Part shown: in pieces, positions 10,720 through 24,469 of the stretch
How the letters are laid out: each line of letters opens with the position of its first letter
Numbering within the stretch: the first letter of the stretch is position 1
Source of the DNA: Azolla caroliniana
Lineage: Eukaryota; Plantae; Polypodiophyta
Assembly (NCBI GenBank): GCA_043228905.1
Contig: JBHGNT010000001.1
Coordinates: 11,656,001 to 11,720,000, forward strand
DNA length: 64,000 nucleotides
Direction of reading: 5' to 3'
Position numbers and translations under genes: made by a program
The notes under the pieces: generated by a model
Seen by the model: the letters and a program-made list of their open reading frames with translations, nothing else
Told to the model about the DNA's origin: nothing
Databases searched by the model: none

Positions 10720-12499
10720 CTCCATCAAATGGACGTAAAGAACACCTTCCTTCAAGGGGAATTAGAAGAGGTGTACATGGTACAACCACCCGACGTCAAA
10801 TTGAGCATCCATCCAAAAGCAGTCTACCGACTGAAGAAGCCACTCTACGGCCTTAAGGAAGGCCCCGGTGCTTGGCACTCGAAGATAACACAATATCTTC
10901 ATCGAATTGGCTTTCAAATGTCGAAATCCGACAACTCCCTCTACGTACAAAACGACTAGAAAAACCTGATCATCATCATCCTATATGTGGATGATCTAGT
11001 CATTGGAGGTGAAAGTCTAGTCGAAATCAACAAGGTCAAGTCCCTCCTCTCCAGCAAATTCGAGATGAAGGACATGAAGGAGCTCCATTACTTCCTCGGC
11101 ATCGAGGTAATTCGGACTCCAACCAACATTATGATCTCTCAACGGCACTACATCCTCAATTTGTTATATAAGTTTGGGATGACTGATTGAAAAGTTGTGG
11201 CAACCCCTCTCGATCGAAACCTCAAACTGGATGCCGGCTCTGGCACGAAAGAGTGTGAGCCGACTCAGTACCAACAACTAATCATGAGTCTCATCTACCT
11301 CACGATCACTCGGCCCGACCTCAGCTATCTTGTCGGTCTCCTTAGCGAATTCATGCAAACTCCACAAAATATTCACTTAGATTGTGCTAAGCGAGTGTTG
11401 CGATACATGAGCGGCACAATGGACTATGGCATTCTCTACAAAGCAGCAATGCCAATTCGACTCAAAGGGTACTCAGATGCCGACTAGACCGGCTACAAAG
11501 CCAACCGACGATCGACCTCCAGATTCATTTTCTCCCTCGGCAGCAGAGCAATTTCGTGGAGTAGCAAGAAGTAGTCGAATGTCGCCCTTTCAAGCATAGA
11601 GTCTGAGTACAGGGGCGCAGATGTGGTTGCATGTTAAGCCATATGGCTCAAGCAGATTTTGAAGGATCTGGGCGTTCCCATCAAGGATCCGACTCCCCTT
11701 TATGGTCACAGCATGAGCAATATTTATATGGCTGGGAACCCAGTGTTCCACGTGCACACGAAGCATATCGAAGTGCATTATCACTTCATTCGAGAGCGCA
11801 TTCAGGCAAGAGATGTCGACCTTCAACACATCAATACGAATCTTCTAACGGCCGACATCTTCACCAAAGCCCTAGGAGGCAACAAGCTTCGGCAATTCAT
11901 GTCAGACCTTGGATTGATGATCCCTGACTTGCCAAGCTTGAGGGGGAGTACAAGAGAGAACCGGATACCGTCCCAACCGGGTACCAACCGAAGCGGATAC
12001 CAGCCGAAGCGGACATCAATTAAAAGGAACCGACCCAAGTTGAGCTTGAGGGGGCATGTGGAGAATCAAGCTCAACCTACCCTTATGTGTGAACACACCC
12101 TTTGAGAATATATGAGCACTCAAAGGTCAAAAGTCACACCACTACTCTCTACACATTAACTATGTGTCATAGAAGCATATCCTATGACACATAGCTAATG
12201 AGTTTCATATTCCCCATGACTAATGAGTCTTCACATTCCCCAAGAGAGAGTGGTTGTTATAGTTAGCTAATGAAGAGAGAGGGTGACTATATATAAAGCA
12301 CCTCCTCCTACTTCATTAAGTGTCGGTTGTGACTCCTTGTAATGCTACATTTTGGTATCTCATATTCTCCTTGTGAATATACACCTTCTTGAGTATTCTA
12401 TCTTCCATTCTATCTAATCTATCTTGTGTTCTCTCCTCTCTTTCCTCTCACACATACACATCTCTTCCATTGCACAATAATCATATCCATTTCTTTACA
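10720..12499 (+). mobile_element. Decayed Copia 3' part: RT and RNase H remnants, PPT, 3' LTR 12057-12499
   Basis: QMDVKNTFLQG, LKKPLYGLK, YVDDLV, TRPDLSY, YSDAD, TKHIEVHYHF, ADIFTKAL with many stops. PPT TTGAGGGGGCA before TGTGGAG. LTR ends CTTTACA and resembles the LTRs at 10035 and 34731. Confidence 0.88.
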
Positions 12500-12929
12500 A
12501 TCACAAATGTAGTTAATGTATTGTGAAATGCACATAAGAGATCAAAACCAGCCTACTTAGCTTCTTACTTCTTGCTCAATTTATAGTTGATACAAAGGTA
12601 CCCATTTGGGTTGGCTTAGCTAAAAAGGGTGTGCTAAAAGGGTGGCACAAAGGAACACATGCACACCACATTTCCCCTGAGAGAAACAAGAGACTAAGGA
12701 ACATGAACATGAACAGGGGCAATGGTTTGTTGAAGGAGGGGGAGCATCTATTGGAGATAGAGCTCCCAAGTGGCACTATCCATGTTGGCAGGTTTCGAAT
12801 GGACATCAATGGACGATTCTAGTGGGAAGCGAGGGTTACGCCCATAGAGTGCTCGAAAAGGGTTTATCAGTGTCGACGCCTGTACGGATGTATTGTGGGC
12901 ATGGGTGACGAAATGCAAGATTTGATCCC

Positions 12930-13949
12930 AGATTTTGTTGCATGATTTTCATTTTCTATCTACATTTCGCTCCACTTTCTTTTGACAATGATCGATTTCG
13001 ATTGCTCACCTTCTAGTTCCAATGGGGGTCACACCCGCTCACTTTCTTGGTGGGGATTGCGTCGGCTTCTCGCTAGTGCTACTGTTTGTGCCGTGTTTTG
13101 GGTCAACCTTGACTATTTACCCTCTCATGATAGAAGAAGTCGAGTTGACCGCTTCACCAAAACTCCTTCCCCATTGTTGTTCCAGATCTTGGTGAGGACT
13201 CCACATGGTCACTCAAGTTCCAATTTCCGGTGAGAGCCGCACATGGTCGCTCACGCTCATTCGTGTTCCAGTTCTTGGTGAGAACCGCACATGGTCGCTC
13301 GCTCTCGTTCGTGTTCCAGTTCCCAGTGAGGACCACATGGTCGCTCATGCCCGTTCGTGTTCCCAATGAGGACCGCACATGGTCGCTCATGTCCATTGGT
13401 GTTCGTGTCTCTGGTGAGGAAAACACATGGTTTCGCACGCCCGTCAGTTCTCCACTTCTCGCTCACCCTTACACAACACTTTCGTAAAGGTGGTCGTAAA
13501 AGGGAGGATAATGTCACGACACAGTGACATAAAATACATAGTTAGTGAGGATTGAACCTACAACCTCACATCAACAAGATGGCATGCTCAACCATTTTGA
13601 TATGAGCATGTATTTGTATATAATGGTTTAGTATTGTATAGTCTAGCATATAATACATTTCAGAATCAGAATATTCTAGTCGTTAGTATATTCTAGAGAT
13701 ATTTCTCGAGTATATTCTAGAGATATTCAATCTCAGAACTTGTATAAATACTTGTAACCTCCTTGGTCCTTTTCAAGGGATTCAATGTCAGTCATTGACA
13801 CATCAATCTAGTATTCTCATTCCATTCCATCCTATCTCCTTCTTCATCTATGTCTTCATGCTCTTGTGTCATTCCTAGCTTCTTAAGTTCCACCTCGTAG
13901 CCCCATTATCCGTGCTTTGTCCGAGTCCACAGTTGGTGTGTTTGTGACA
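12930..13949 (+). mobile_element. Truncated non-autonomous chromovirus-derived LTR element (internal tandem array, PPT, 3' LTR 13512-13949)
   Basis: Internal sequence is homologous to about 36580-37560. PPT AAAAGGGAGGATAA. LTR TGTCACG...GTGACA shares TATAAATACTTGTAACCTC with the 35864 element. No 5' LTR seen. Confidence 0.85.
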
Positions 13950-14790
13950 CTTGCTAGGGAGGATACTTCTTACTACTACTTTGCCCAATAATGTTTTGCT
14001 CTAAGTTTTCAAATCAATGAGTGGAAGTCCTCCCTCTTTCTTGCATCGTGTTATTTTCTTCCATGCAATGGTTGCCTTTACCATCTAATTTCTTGCCCAT
14101 AGAAATTTGTAAATATTAGATTATACTAGTTATACCTTTCCTGTCAAAGATCCAACATGAGAGTGTATGCCACATGGTTGCAAGCAATATTTGATTTGCT
14201 ATTGCCTACTAGTGAGAACTAGGCAAAATTCCAGTATTTCAATTTGTTTCTTATTGAGTGTTGCAACTCCTAAGAATCTTAATTCGAATCCAGAAACGTA
14301 AGTATCTAGTTGTAACATTTTCTTGTAGCCAGCAAAACGAAGGGTTTGGGCACCACTCTGGTTTCTTGCCTCCAATCCACCAACCTTTGGACTTGTGCCA
14401 ATTTATCTTGGCCTTTGAAACTCTACAGAAACTGTTAAATAGATTTTTCACATCTGCAAAGGTTTTCTTGCATCCCATTGACAAAAACATTGTATCATCA
14501 GCGAAGGTTGATTTAAAAATCAATTCTTTATCATGCTATGGAATCTGCATGCCTTTAATCCGTGGCTCAATAGCTCGTAAACTTGCTAAAAGATACTGTA
14601 CATATCAAATGAATAGGTACGGGGCAAGTGGGCATCCTTGCCTTACCGAACGTGTTATTTCGAAACTTCTCCCATATTTCTTGCAATTAGTACATAGCTT
14701 CTTGCATATCTTACAACACCCACACCCCTCAGATCCACCTATCTGGGAATTCCATTGTTTTCAATATTTTATCTAGAAACAACCAATTGA
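13950..14790 (-). mobile_element. L1-type LINE RT fragment (second, diverged copy)
   Basis: Minus strand gives RQGCPLAPYLF (near 14615-14650), STFADDT, AKINWHKS, TRYL and GGLPLIDL. Confidence 0.8.
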
Positions 14791-17700
14791 CCTTGATTTT
14801 ACAATTCATCATTATAAAGCTAGACTTTTTTCTTTTCTTTTCCAAAAAGAATATACTCCATTAGTTAAAATATACACAACTCTGATCCCTTTCTCGTGTA
14901 GTCCTTGCCTAAACTATCCTATCATTCATGAGTGATCTCACTTATTTATCTTACACTTTCGCATGTGTCTCTAGCCAACCTTTCATGTAACACATCACGT
15001 GCATTCAATATCTCACATGACATCTCGTTCATGCCCCTCTTTCAACTAATAGGAGGGGTGAACAACCATCTGGGTACTACATACTGCCATCGTATATCCA
15101 TTCCATTTGTTGAGGCCATCGGTATAGTACACCAACATTCTCTGAAATTCGGCCTCATTAATTCTGAAGCATCATCAATACCATCAATCCACTCATATTG
15201 AGCTCTTAGTGTAGTTATTAGTGTGTGCCATATTAGCTTAATCGATTCAAATGGAGGGCGTTTGTTTGCTGAAAATACCCTAGTACACCTTGTTGTCCAT
15301 ATGCGCCATATGGTAATGTGTGCAAGCAGTGTCCATAGATCTCCAAATTTTTGCTCCCGCACAATAACTGCAGGTACCCTATTGTCAGTTATCAGCCAAA
15401 TAGTTCCATTCTCCCCTCTATACATAGCTTTACATGTGCTATCGTATTTCGCCACATCATCCTCAAGACAGTTCCAACAAGCATGTCCCCACTTGAGGGT
15501 GAACGAACTAGAGACATGGCAAAGCAAACATAATGCCCTTCCCCCATACAGTCGTTGCCTCGCGGCATTCCCATAGACAATGGGAAATGTTTTCTAAATG
15601 TCCACATGCAGTACATCTAGGGTCTACATTGGGCCTTTACCCCACGTCCCTACTGGCAAGGCTCTATGCGCAATAAGCCATAAACACATCATTATCTTGC
15701 GGTCATTACTGTCATGCCATATCATTTTCCAGAATTTATCTAGTCTCCTTTTCCTAATGCCCTCTTGTATCCAAAATTTATATGTTGCAATCTTGTCATG
15801 TTCTTGTTCTAGAATAATTTGCCTCCCAATTTTCGTGTTATACCTGAAAAATTGAACTAGCTTTGCCCCCTCAATTCATCCTTGAGTTCTCCAGAAATAC
15901 ATCGATGGGTCCCATGATAATTGATCTGAATGCCCCTCTATTGGCCAACACACTGTCGTCGATGTGATCTCCCTTGGCTTAGGTTCAATACTCATATCCT
16001 TTCCATTTTTTGCAATCAACCTAATCGGTCATTTGCTTTGATATGTTGGTTGCTCACCCCTTGCCATTCCTAGCTCTATTTTGTAGTAGTATGCCTCATT
16101 CGATTCTGCTTTCATTCCCTTAATTCCAATTAAACAATTCTCAACATGTATAAGACTTCCTGTCTGTGCAATTTCAGAGGTAATTATATCTTCATCTTCC
16201 AAGGTATGCTTGTTGCATGCAATGGCATCTGTAATTCTCTTGAGCATGCCTTTACCCCTGCTTATTCTCCATATTCTAGCCTTTTGAGTGCCCACATCAT
16301 TGGACAAAAATCTCTACAACTCCACTAATGCATTCCCTTGGGCATTGATTAAGTCAGCCCATTTGAAGCCTGCTTTTTGTCCTATCATCAACCATCCATA
16401 TCTCTAATCAGTGGGTTCCACACAATTGGCATGTACATCCGGGCATATGCATCATTTCTCCACCTACATGTGATCCCCTTTCTGATTTCTTGCCATGCTT
16501 TCATAATTCCAATAGCACATAGACTCTGCATACTTCCCCAATATTTGGGTCGCATTTCTAGCACAAAACCCCAAAAAGGTTGCTTGGACAACTTCCGCCT
16601 TGTCTCGGCAACCACATCTTCCATCTACGTCTCCATAGAATATTCTAAGGTGCATCAGGTGGTTGTAAGATCCTGACCACCAGTTTTCCTAGCAAGACCT
16701 TCGTTTGCACCATGAGATCTATCAATCCCACCCCGGCTTCACTTTTTCCTTTTATAAGCGTGGTCGAAGCAACCTTTGCACGAGCTTGTTTTTCCTCTGC
16801 GCCCCTCCTTAAGAAATTTTTGATAATCCTTTTTATCAATTTCATCGACTTGGGCATGATTATCTAGCATGCAGCAATATGCCATATAGTGGCCATTAGA
16901 ATCTAATTTGCAATCACAATCTTGCTCCTAAAGGATAGTTTTCTTGCATTCCACCATATTTGCTTCGCTTTTATTTTGTCCACTAGTAGATTGTAGTGTT
17001 CTACTCGATCGATGTCCATACCAATTTTGAAGCCCAAATATCTATTAGCTTCTCCTCTCCTCAACCATTTGAAATTGGGGTCAGGGGCCCAATTTAAATG
17101 GGCTTATTACTAATCCAAAGGCCCACTTATTTATTCCAATTTATTTTAGCATCTAATCCCCTACAAAACTCATCAATTTCACTTTGCAATCTGCCAAGTT
17201 GTTTGCATCACCCTTGACATAGGTCGTTGTGTCATCAGCATATGTTGTATCAAGCACCATTCCTACATCATAGGCAAGGTAAGGCCTTATATTTGCCAAG
17301 ATCTATCAGCAATTTGATAATGCAAAGCTTCTGATGCAATGATGTATAGGTATGAGGCCAATGGGCATCCTTGGCATACCGAACGTAGCATCTAAAAGTT
17401 CTTCCCCATACTTCCAGCCATTAAAACCTGGTTGGATGCACTTCTGTAAAAGACACTCGTTCCAAGGATCCATTGGTGTTCAAAGCCTAGGGTTGCCATC
17501 ACTACTTCTAGGAATTCCCATGAGATCCTGTCATATTCTTTTTCGAAGTCGAGTAGCATTACTACTAGGTCCACTTCTTGCTCCTCCACCCATGCTGAGT
17601 ATTCCCAGAAAGTTATCACATTGTCAACAATGCTCCGGTTTTCCAAGAAGCCAGTAGTTTGCATTGTATGTATAATATCCCCTAATATCGTTTTCAATCT

Positions 17701-18159
17701 CTTACTTACAACTTTGACCATTATCTTATAAGCATTGGTGAGAATCGTCAATGGTCACCAATTATCAAGTGTTGTCAGGTCTTTTCCATCCTTGGGTATT
17801 AAATGAATCATTCCTCTACACATTGTTGTGGGCATTAATCCTTCTGCCATAATGTACTGCATCCCTACCAACATGTCATCCGTAATTAGGTCCCAATATT
17901 TGATGTAAAAGTATATAGAAAGTCCGTCAATTCCTGCACAACTTTGTTTGTTCATATCCCCAATTTCATCCCACAATTATTGCATACCTATAGGGGTATT
18001 TAGTCAGCCCGTCATCTAAGCAGTAACATTCCTTAGTATCCTACTTATTATATTCTGAAGCCAGCTTGATCAATCTGTTCCTCTTTGCATACATTTATTA
18101 GTTGAGTATAATAGCTTGTGGTTATTTCAAGCATTTCCTCCTTGCATTTGGTCATTGTG

Positions 18160-18618
18160 CCATCTGTCTTTTTAAACATGAAGGTTGAGTCTCGGATACT
18201 CTACCTTTGACAGCTTCAAAAAAACCTTTAGTAACCCGGTCTCCAACCCTCATCCAGCTTGTTTCCTTACTTCGATAGGCATAGGTAATCCTTAGTTTCT
18301 GGTACATATCTAATTTGCTTTTGGCCTCCTCTAGTCGGGCCTCAATCCATACATTATGTGGGTATAATTCTCTTAGTCGGTGCATAGACCATCTGTCTTT
18401 TTTAAACATGAAGGTTGAGTTCCAAATCCTTTGCATTTGACAGCTTCAAAAAAACCTTTAGTAACCCAGTTTCCAACCCTCATCTAGCTTGTTGCCTTTC
18501 TTCGATAGGCATAGGTAATCCTTAGTTTCTGGTACATATCTAATTTTCTTTTGGCATCCTCTAGTTGGGCCTCAATGCGTACATTATGTGGGTATAATTC
18601 TCTTAATCGTTGCATAGA
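18160..18618. repeat. ~230-bp tandem duplication inside LINE ORF2
   Basis: CCATCTGTCTTTTTAAACATGAAGG...TGCATAGA at 18160-18388 and 18389-18618. Confidence 0.9.
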
Positions 18619-18926
18619 AACGAGTGTCCATTTCATTCTCTGCATTTTCTCTCGTATCTCTTCTCTAATTTCAATCGCTTTCTTCCGAAAAAAACATGCA
18701 CATTCCTCAAGTTTCCTAGCCAGCCTATGAGCAAGATCAAGGTACCTCCATTTGATAATAGACCATATTTTTCGTATATCATTAGTTCATTTATTATCCA
18801 GAACCAATTCCTTGCTCACCTTCACATTTTGTGGCTTGCATCCATTGTTTTCTTGTATATGCAATAGAACAGGTGCATGATCTGAGAACATTGTTCCAGG
18901 ACAAATAATGCATCTGCCTTTCCTAT

Positions 18927-19266
18927 TGTTACCCGTAAGAATATACGGGGAGGCATAACGGTATGTGTAACGATGTGGTTGATGTGTATGTGTAAAGTAA
19001 ATGAGTGTGTGAGGATGAGTATGTGTATGGACACATGCACAATTATCTGCATGTGTACAAGAATGTGTAACGGTCTTATTTATAATGGTCATGTAACCGT
19101 TACATTGGATGTATTATATAAACCCCCTATGGGGTATGTAATGACATATACATTTTTCCCCTCTCATTTTGTGTCATTTTCAATTTGTCTTTCTCTCTAG
19201 CTCTCTCACTATCGTAACCCCCTTGGGAGGGGGGTGAAGCCAGGCTTCACCCCCACCCCAACAACA
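18927..19266. mobile_element. Solo LTR (340 bp) in the LINE endonuclease region
   Basis: TGTT...AACA termini flanked by the 5-bp TSD CCTAT (18922-18926, 19267-19271). TATATAAA near 19115. Confidence 0.85.
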
Positions 19267-19522
19267 CCTATCAATGAGCCGAGGATCCAAATACCAGATG
19301 TCCAGGCTGGCTTCACCCCCACCCCAACAACACCTATCAATGAGCCGAGGATCCAAATACCATTTGTCCAGCCTGGACATCGTCCTCCCATGCACGCTTC
19401 CTCCTACTCTAGAGTATAGAAAAGATTTTTCTTTTTGCATTTGAAAGTTAGGTGCATTCCAACAGTCTATCACATTATATGCTAAACAAAACTTATTCCA
19501 TGCATACTTCTCCGCCCCCTAC

Positions 19523-19869
19523 TGTCACGGATAGATCATAAGCTCAAGAGACAAGAAAGAAGATAGACAAATGGATTAGTATTAACGGAAAGACTCCATA
19601 ACTGGTGTTGTGCATCTTGAATTCCTTCAAGGTGAACTCCTCTATTTATACTACATGGCATGCATACTTGTTGCACGCGTGTGAATCTACAATAGAGCAT
19701 GTAGGTATGCATGCATCTGCCAAGTGTAAATACTACAAGGGAGCAACTATGCACATGATGCTAGCAAAACAATAAGGACCAATTACATACATAACTGTGT
19801 ACTAGATATATTGGTTAACCCATGATACTATATTATAACATGGTCGTGTCAAGAGTTCGAATCTTGACA
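19523..19869 (-). repeat. 3' LTR of the chromovirus
   Basis: Direct repeat of 24470-24819 with TGTCA...TGACA termini. Confidence 0.95.
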
Positions 19870-22800
19870 TTATTCCCCCTCCGACGCCGCCTTCCCAAAT
19901 CGGCCGCTGGTTTGTGGGGATATCGGTGATGAAAATCTTGGACGACCTTTGGGGCATTTTTTAAATTTTCCGATGGTTCCCACGTGGCCTCAGACATGGG
20001 GTAACCCCTCCATAGGACAAGGTATTGCAAGTGTCGACGGTGCCAACGCAAGTCAAGGATTTGGTCAACCTCGTATTCCTCCCCTGTCGTCAATTGCACA
20101 GGTGGTGGTGGAGGGGCCTGACGTCCTGGGAGTTGTGAAGCATAATGGGGTTCGAGGAGGGAGACATGAAAAACATCATGAATCCGGAAGTGGGATGGAA
20201 GGGCGAGCCGGAAGGCGATGGGATTGATGCACTCGATGATACGGAATGGTCCCAACTTCTTGTAATCAAGTTTCGCACATGGACGAGTAGTAGAGATGTG
20301 TCAACGTAACAACCAGACCATGTCTCCAACGAAAAAGTGTGGAGTGGCAGATTGATGGCGATCAGCCTATTACTTGTATCGTTCACTAGCAAGACTAAGC
20401 TCCAAGGATAAATCATGATGTAGTTCTTCCAAAATGCGAGCACGATCCTCCGCCGAAGGGTTCACGGAAGTGGTAGGAAGGGAAATGTTGAAGCGAGGAT
20501 GTAAACCATAGTTGGCAAAGAAGGGAGTGACGCCAGTCGATGCATGGAGAGAATTATTGTAGGCGAATTCCGCGAGCGAAAGTAAGTTGACCCAATCATC
20601 TTGTTGGTAACTAACAGAGCACCGAAGATACTGCTCAAGGATTTGGTTGACACGCTCCGTTTGCCCGTCAGTTTGGGGGTGATAAGCGGATGACAACTTG
20701 ACAGAGATGCCTAAAGTTTGTAGTAGGCGCTGCCAGAAGTGAGAGACAAACTGGGGTCCGCAATCGGAGATGACATCATTGGGGAGTCCATGCAAGCGTA
20801 CCACATTGTTGAGTAGTAGATGCACCATTCCTTCTCCGGAAATGGTTTTGGAGCATGGAGTGAAGTGAGCCATCTTCGTAAACCGATCGACAATGACCAA
20901 CACCGAGTCATAGCTATTGACCAAGGGTAGGTCAGTTATCAGGTCCATAGAGATAGAGGCCCAAGGATGACGAGGACATGGAAGCGGTTGTAGTAAGCCG
21001 TATGGCCGATGATGAATGGCTTTGGAGCGAGCACAAACCTCATAACTCTTTATGTATTCTTTGACCAACTTCCATGGTTGTGGCCACCAATACCCCCGAG
21101 AGAGTAGCTCGAGGGTTTTCACGACCCCGAAATGACCTGCAAGTGGGTCATCGTGGCATTCCCGCAACACCCGGGTGCAACATGGGCCCTCTGGGACGTA
21201 TAAGAGATGATCTCGGAACAACAAACCCTCTTGTATGGTGAAGGTGTCAAGATCCTTCCTTTTGGTCGCCTTGGAGGGGTTTTGCAAACTATCTCGAATC
21301 TCGTTGGCGAACGTATCGGTCTTGGACGCATCAGTGATCTGTTGGAGTAATGAATCATCCTGCAACATACAAGTGGCAAAAAGATGCAATTGGTCGGGTT
21401 TGAACAAACGTCTAGATTGTTGAGCATAAGCAGCATCCCCAGGGCAGAGTGCACGGTCGGCTTGGCGAGAAAGTGCATCGGCCTTCCCATGTTGGTCACC
21501 AAGTTGAAATACGATCTCAAAATCGTAGTCGGCGAGAAATGTCGACCAACAGGCCTGCCTTCGATTCAAAGTACGAGTGGTGGAAAAATAAACTAAATTT
21601 TTATGATTAGTCACTACCTAGACACGATGTTGTGCGCCGGCCAAGTAGGGTCGCCATTCTTCAAAGGCAACAATGATAGCAGCAAGCTCCTTGTCGTATA
21701 TGGGATAATTGATTTCGGATGCCGTGAATTTCCGGGAGTAGTAAGCCACTGGGTGCATTAGGTTGGTGTCGTCTGCCTAGGATAAGATGGCACCAATGGC
21801 GAAGTCAAAGGCATCGGTGTCGACTTGGAAGGGTTTTGTGGGGTCGGCATGTAGCAGCACTGGGGCAGTGATGAATGCGTGTTTGAGAGAGTCGAACGCA
21901 TTTTGCGCCTCCGAGGTCCATAAAAATGGATTGCCTTTACGGGTGAGAGTGATAAGAGGTTGTGCTAGGGTGGAAAACCCCTTGATGAAGCGACAGTAAA
22001 AATTCGCGAAGCCGAGGAAGGATTGCACATCTTTAAGTCGCCTTGGAGTCGCCCACACCTGAATGACAGAGACCTTCTTCATATCCATGGTGATGCCAGT
22101 GGGTGAGATGATGTAGCCCAGAAATTCAATCGAGGTACAGTCGAACTCGTATTTCTCGCCTTTGGCATAAAGGCCATGCTCGCGAAGTTTGGCAAGAACT
22201 AATCAGACTTGGCGAGTGTGCTCCTCCATGTTTGGCGAGAAAATGAGAATATCATCGAGGTAAATGACAACAAAATGATCAAGATATTCCCGGAATATAT
22301 CGTTCATCATATGTTGAAAAACTGTTGGAGCGTTAGTAAGACCAAAAGGCATTACCTTGTATTCGAAATGCCTATACCGTGTTCGAAATGCGGTTTTCCA
22401 TTCATCCCCCGGCTTGATGCGTACTAGATTGTACGCTCCACGCAGATCAACTTTGGAGAAGACACGCGCAACTCAAAGCCGATCAAGGAGTTCGGGGATC
22501 AGAGGTAGCGGATAGCGGTTGCGCACAATGAGTTTGTTGAGACCTCGGTAGTCGACGCATAAGCGTAGAGAGCCGTCCTTCTTCTTCACAAATAAAATGG
22601 GGGGCCCGGCTAATGACTTAGAAGGTTGAATAAATCCTTTCTCGAGGTTCTCATCGAGATACACACGAAGGGCCTTCAACTCTGGTGCAAACAATGCATA
22701 TAGAGGACCAAAGGGTGGACACGCACCTTCTTGAAGATCAATCGGATAGTCGTAGAGCCGGTGTTTAGGCAAACGATCAGCATTACATTTTTCAAATACG

Positions 22801-24469
22801 TCGGAGAAGTGTTGGTATTTGTCGGGAATAACATGGAGTGTGTTAGAAACGACGCCACAAACAAACCCATCCTGGACCGATGATGGGGTAGTCAAATCGG
22901 AATCGACCTTCTCCGAAGGATGGGAAACTGAATTTACCTTCATACTTTTGCACGAGCATCCTGGCTTGCTAAATGTGATCGAGCAGTTGCACCAATCCAC
23001 TATTGGATTGTGCGCCTCCAACCATGTTAGTCCTAAGACGATCGGATGACGAGGAGATGCGAAGAGGTAAAAGGCGAGCTCCTCCTGGTGTGAGCCCACA
23101 CAAAGCCCTAATGGGATTGTAGCTTGAGTAATTGCACCTGACAAGAGGACGCACCCGTCGATGGCTTCAACGGGAATGGTTTTTGAGAGGCCAATGACAG
23201 GTACGCCATGTGCTTGGGCAAACACGATGTCGATGAAGCAAGAAGATGCCCCAGAATCAAGTAAAGCAACAGACTGAATGGAACTAGTGTTAAATGAAAG
23301 CCATACCTCCAATGTGAAATTGCCTGATGGTCCGGCAATGGAACCAAGAGAATGTGGGCGAGGGGAGATGTCTAGTTGCATGGCTCCTACTGCAACCGAA
23401 CGATGTCGTTTTCTGGATGGTGGGGTCCGTTAGCTCGATGGAATTGTGGGCGATTACTCCTAGGACAATGGCGAACGACATGACCGGAGGCGCCACAATA
23501 CATGCACAAGCCATTAGCCCGCCGAAATTGTCGTTCGGCATCAGTCAATGGCCAAAATCAGGCTTGATCAATTTCCATGGGGACAGGAGCATCTGCCAAA
23601 GTAGGGGAGTGTGACGCAGTTGATGGGGGGGTATGGTTGGGGTTGTATGACCGGGGTGTGTCGTGGAAGTGAAGGAGGTGGAACCCAAGTACGGCGCTCT
23701 TCCTGGCGAAATTCAAATAGACGATTGTCACAATGGACTGCTTGTGAAATCGCTTGGGATAACGAGGTAGGCTCCGGAAAGTTTAAGAGAAGATTCTTGA
23801 CATTGCTTCGAAGGCCACGCCAAAAGTGATCAACTAAAGCTTGATCATCCCAATTGACGTCACATGCTAGTTGTCGAAATTCTGAAGCATAGACCGAAGT
23901 TGCACGCGAACCTTGTTCAAGTGCATAAATCTTGTTAAGAGTTGTACGTCGTCGGTCCGTCTCTCCAAATGTGGCCTCTAACTCGGCGAGGAAGGCGGGA
24001 AAGTCCTCCAATAGAGGTGAAGAGGTTTCTACCAATGGTGCAAACCAAGCTTGGGTCGGACCGGAGAGAAGGGTACTCATAAGGCCGACTTGTCGAAGAC
24101 CATCTCCATAGCGTTAAGGTTGTAGCCGAATGATAAGTTGAACTTGGTTGATGAACCCTCGGAAACGTGACCTCGTTCCATCAAATTTTTCTGGGAGGCT
24201 AACCTTAGGCTCAAGAAAATGTGACGAAGTTAGGCTAGATGTTGGTAGAAGATCGGGCTCTAGGCTAGGTTGTTGTGGGAGACTAGGCTTCGGGGGTTGT
24301 GAGGATAGGGAGGCACCGACTTGAAGTTCTTGTAAAGAATTTCGAAGAGCTTCATTTTTAAGCTGGAGTTGTCGTAAGGCTACCATTATTTGGCCTAACT
24401 CACTAGTTGAGTCAGACATAGCTATGGCTTATGAGAGGGAGAGCTATGAGGATGGGAAGGTGAACAAAC

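Noticed and set aside
18922-19522. Similar TSDs (CCTAT, CCTAC) of two neighbouring insertions as a target-site preference
   Set aside because: Only two events from unrelated families, and the other chromovirus-type TSD is GGGAC, so chance is sufficient.
23400-23425. Programmed -1 gag-pol frameshift site (AGAAAAC, PEG10/sushi-like)
   Set aside because: It is not a canonical heptamer, the present gag and pol frames do not fit a -1 shift, and the copy is too mutated to decide.
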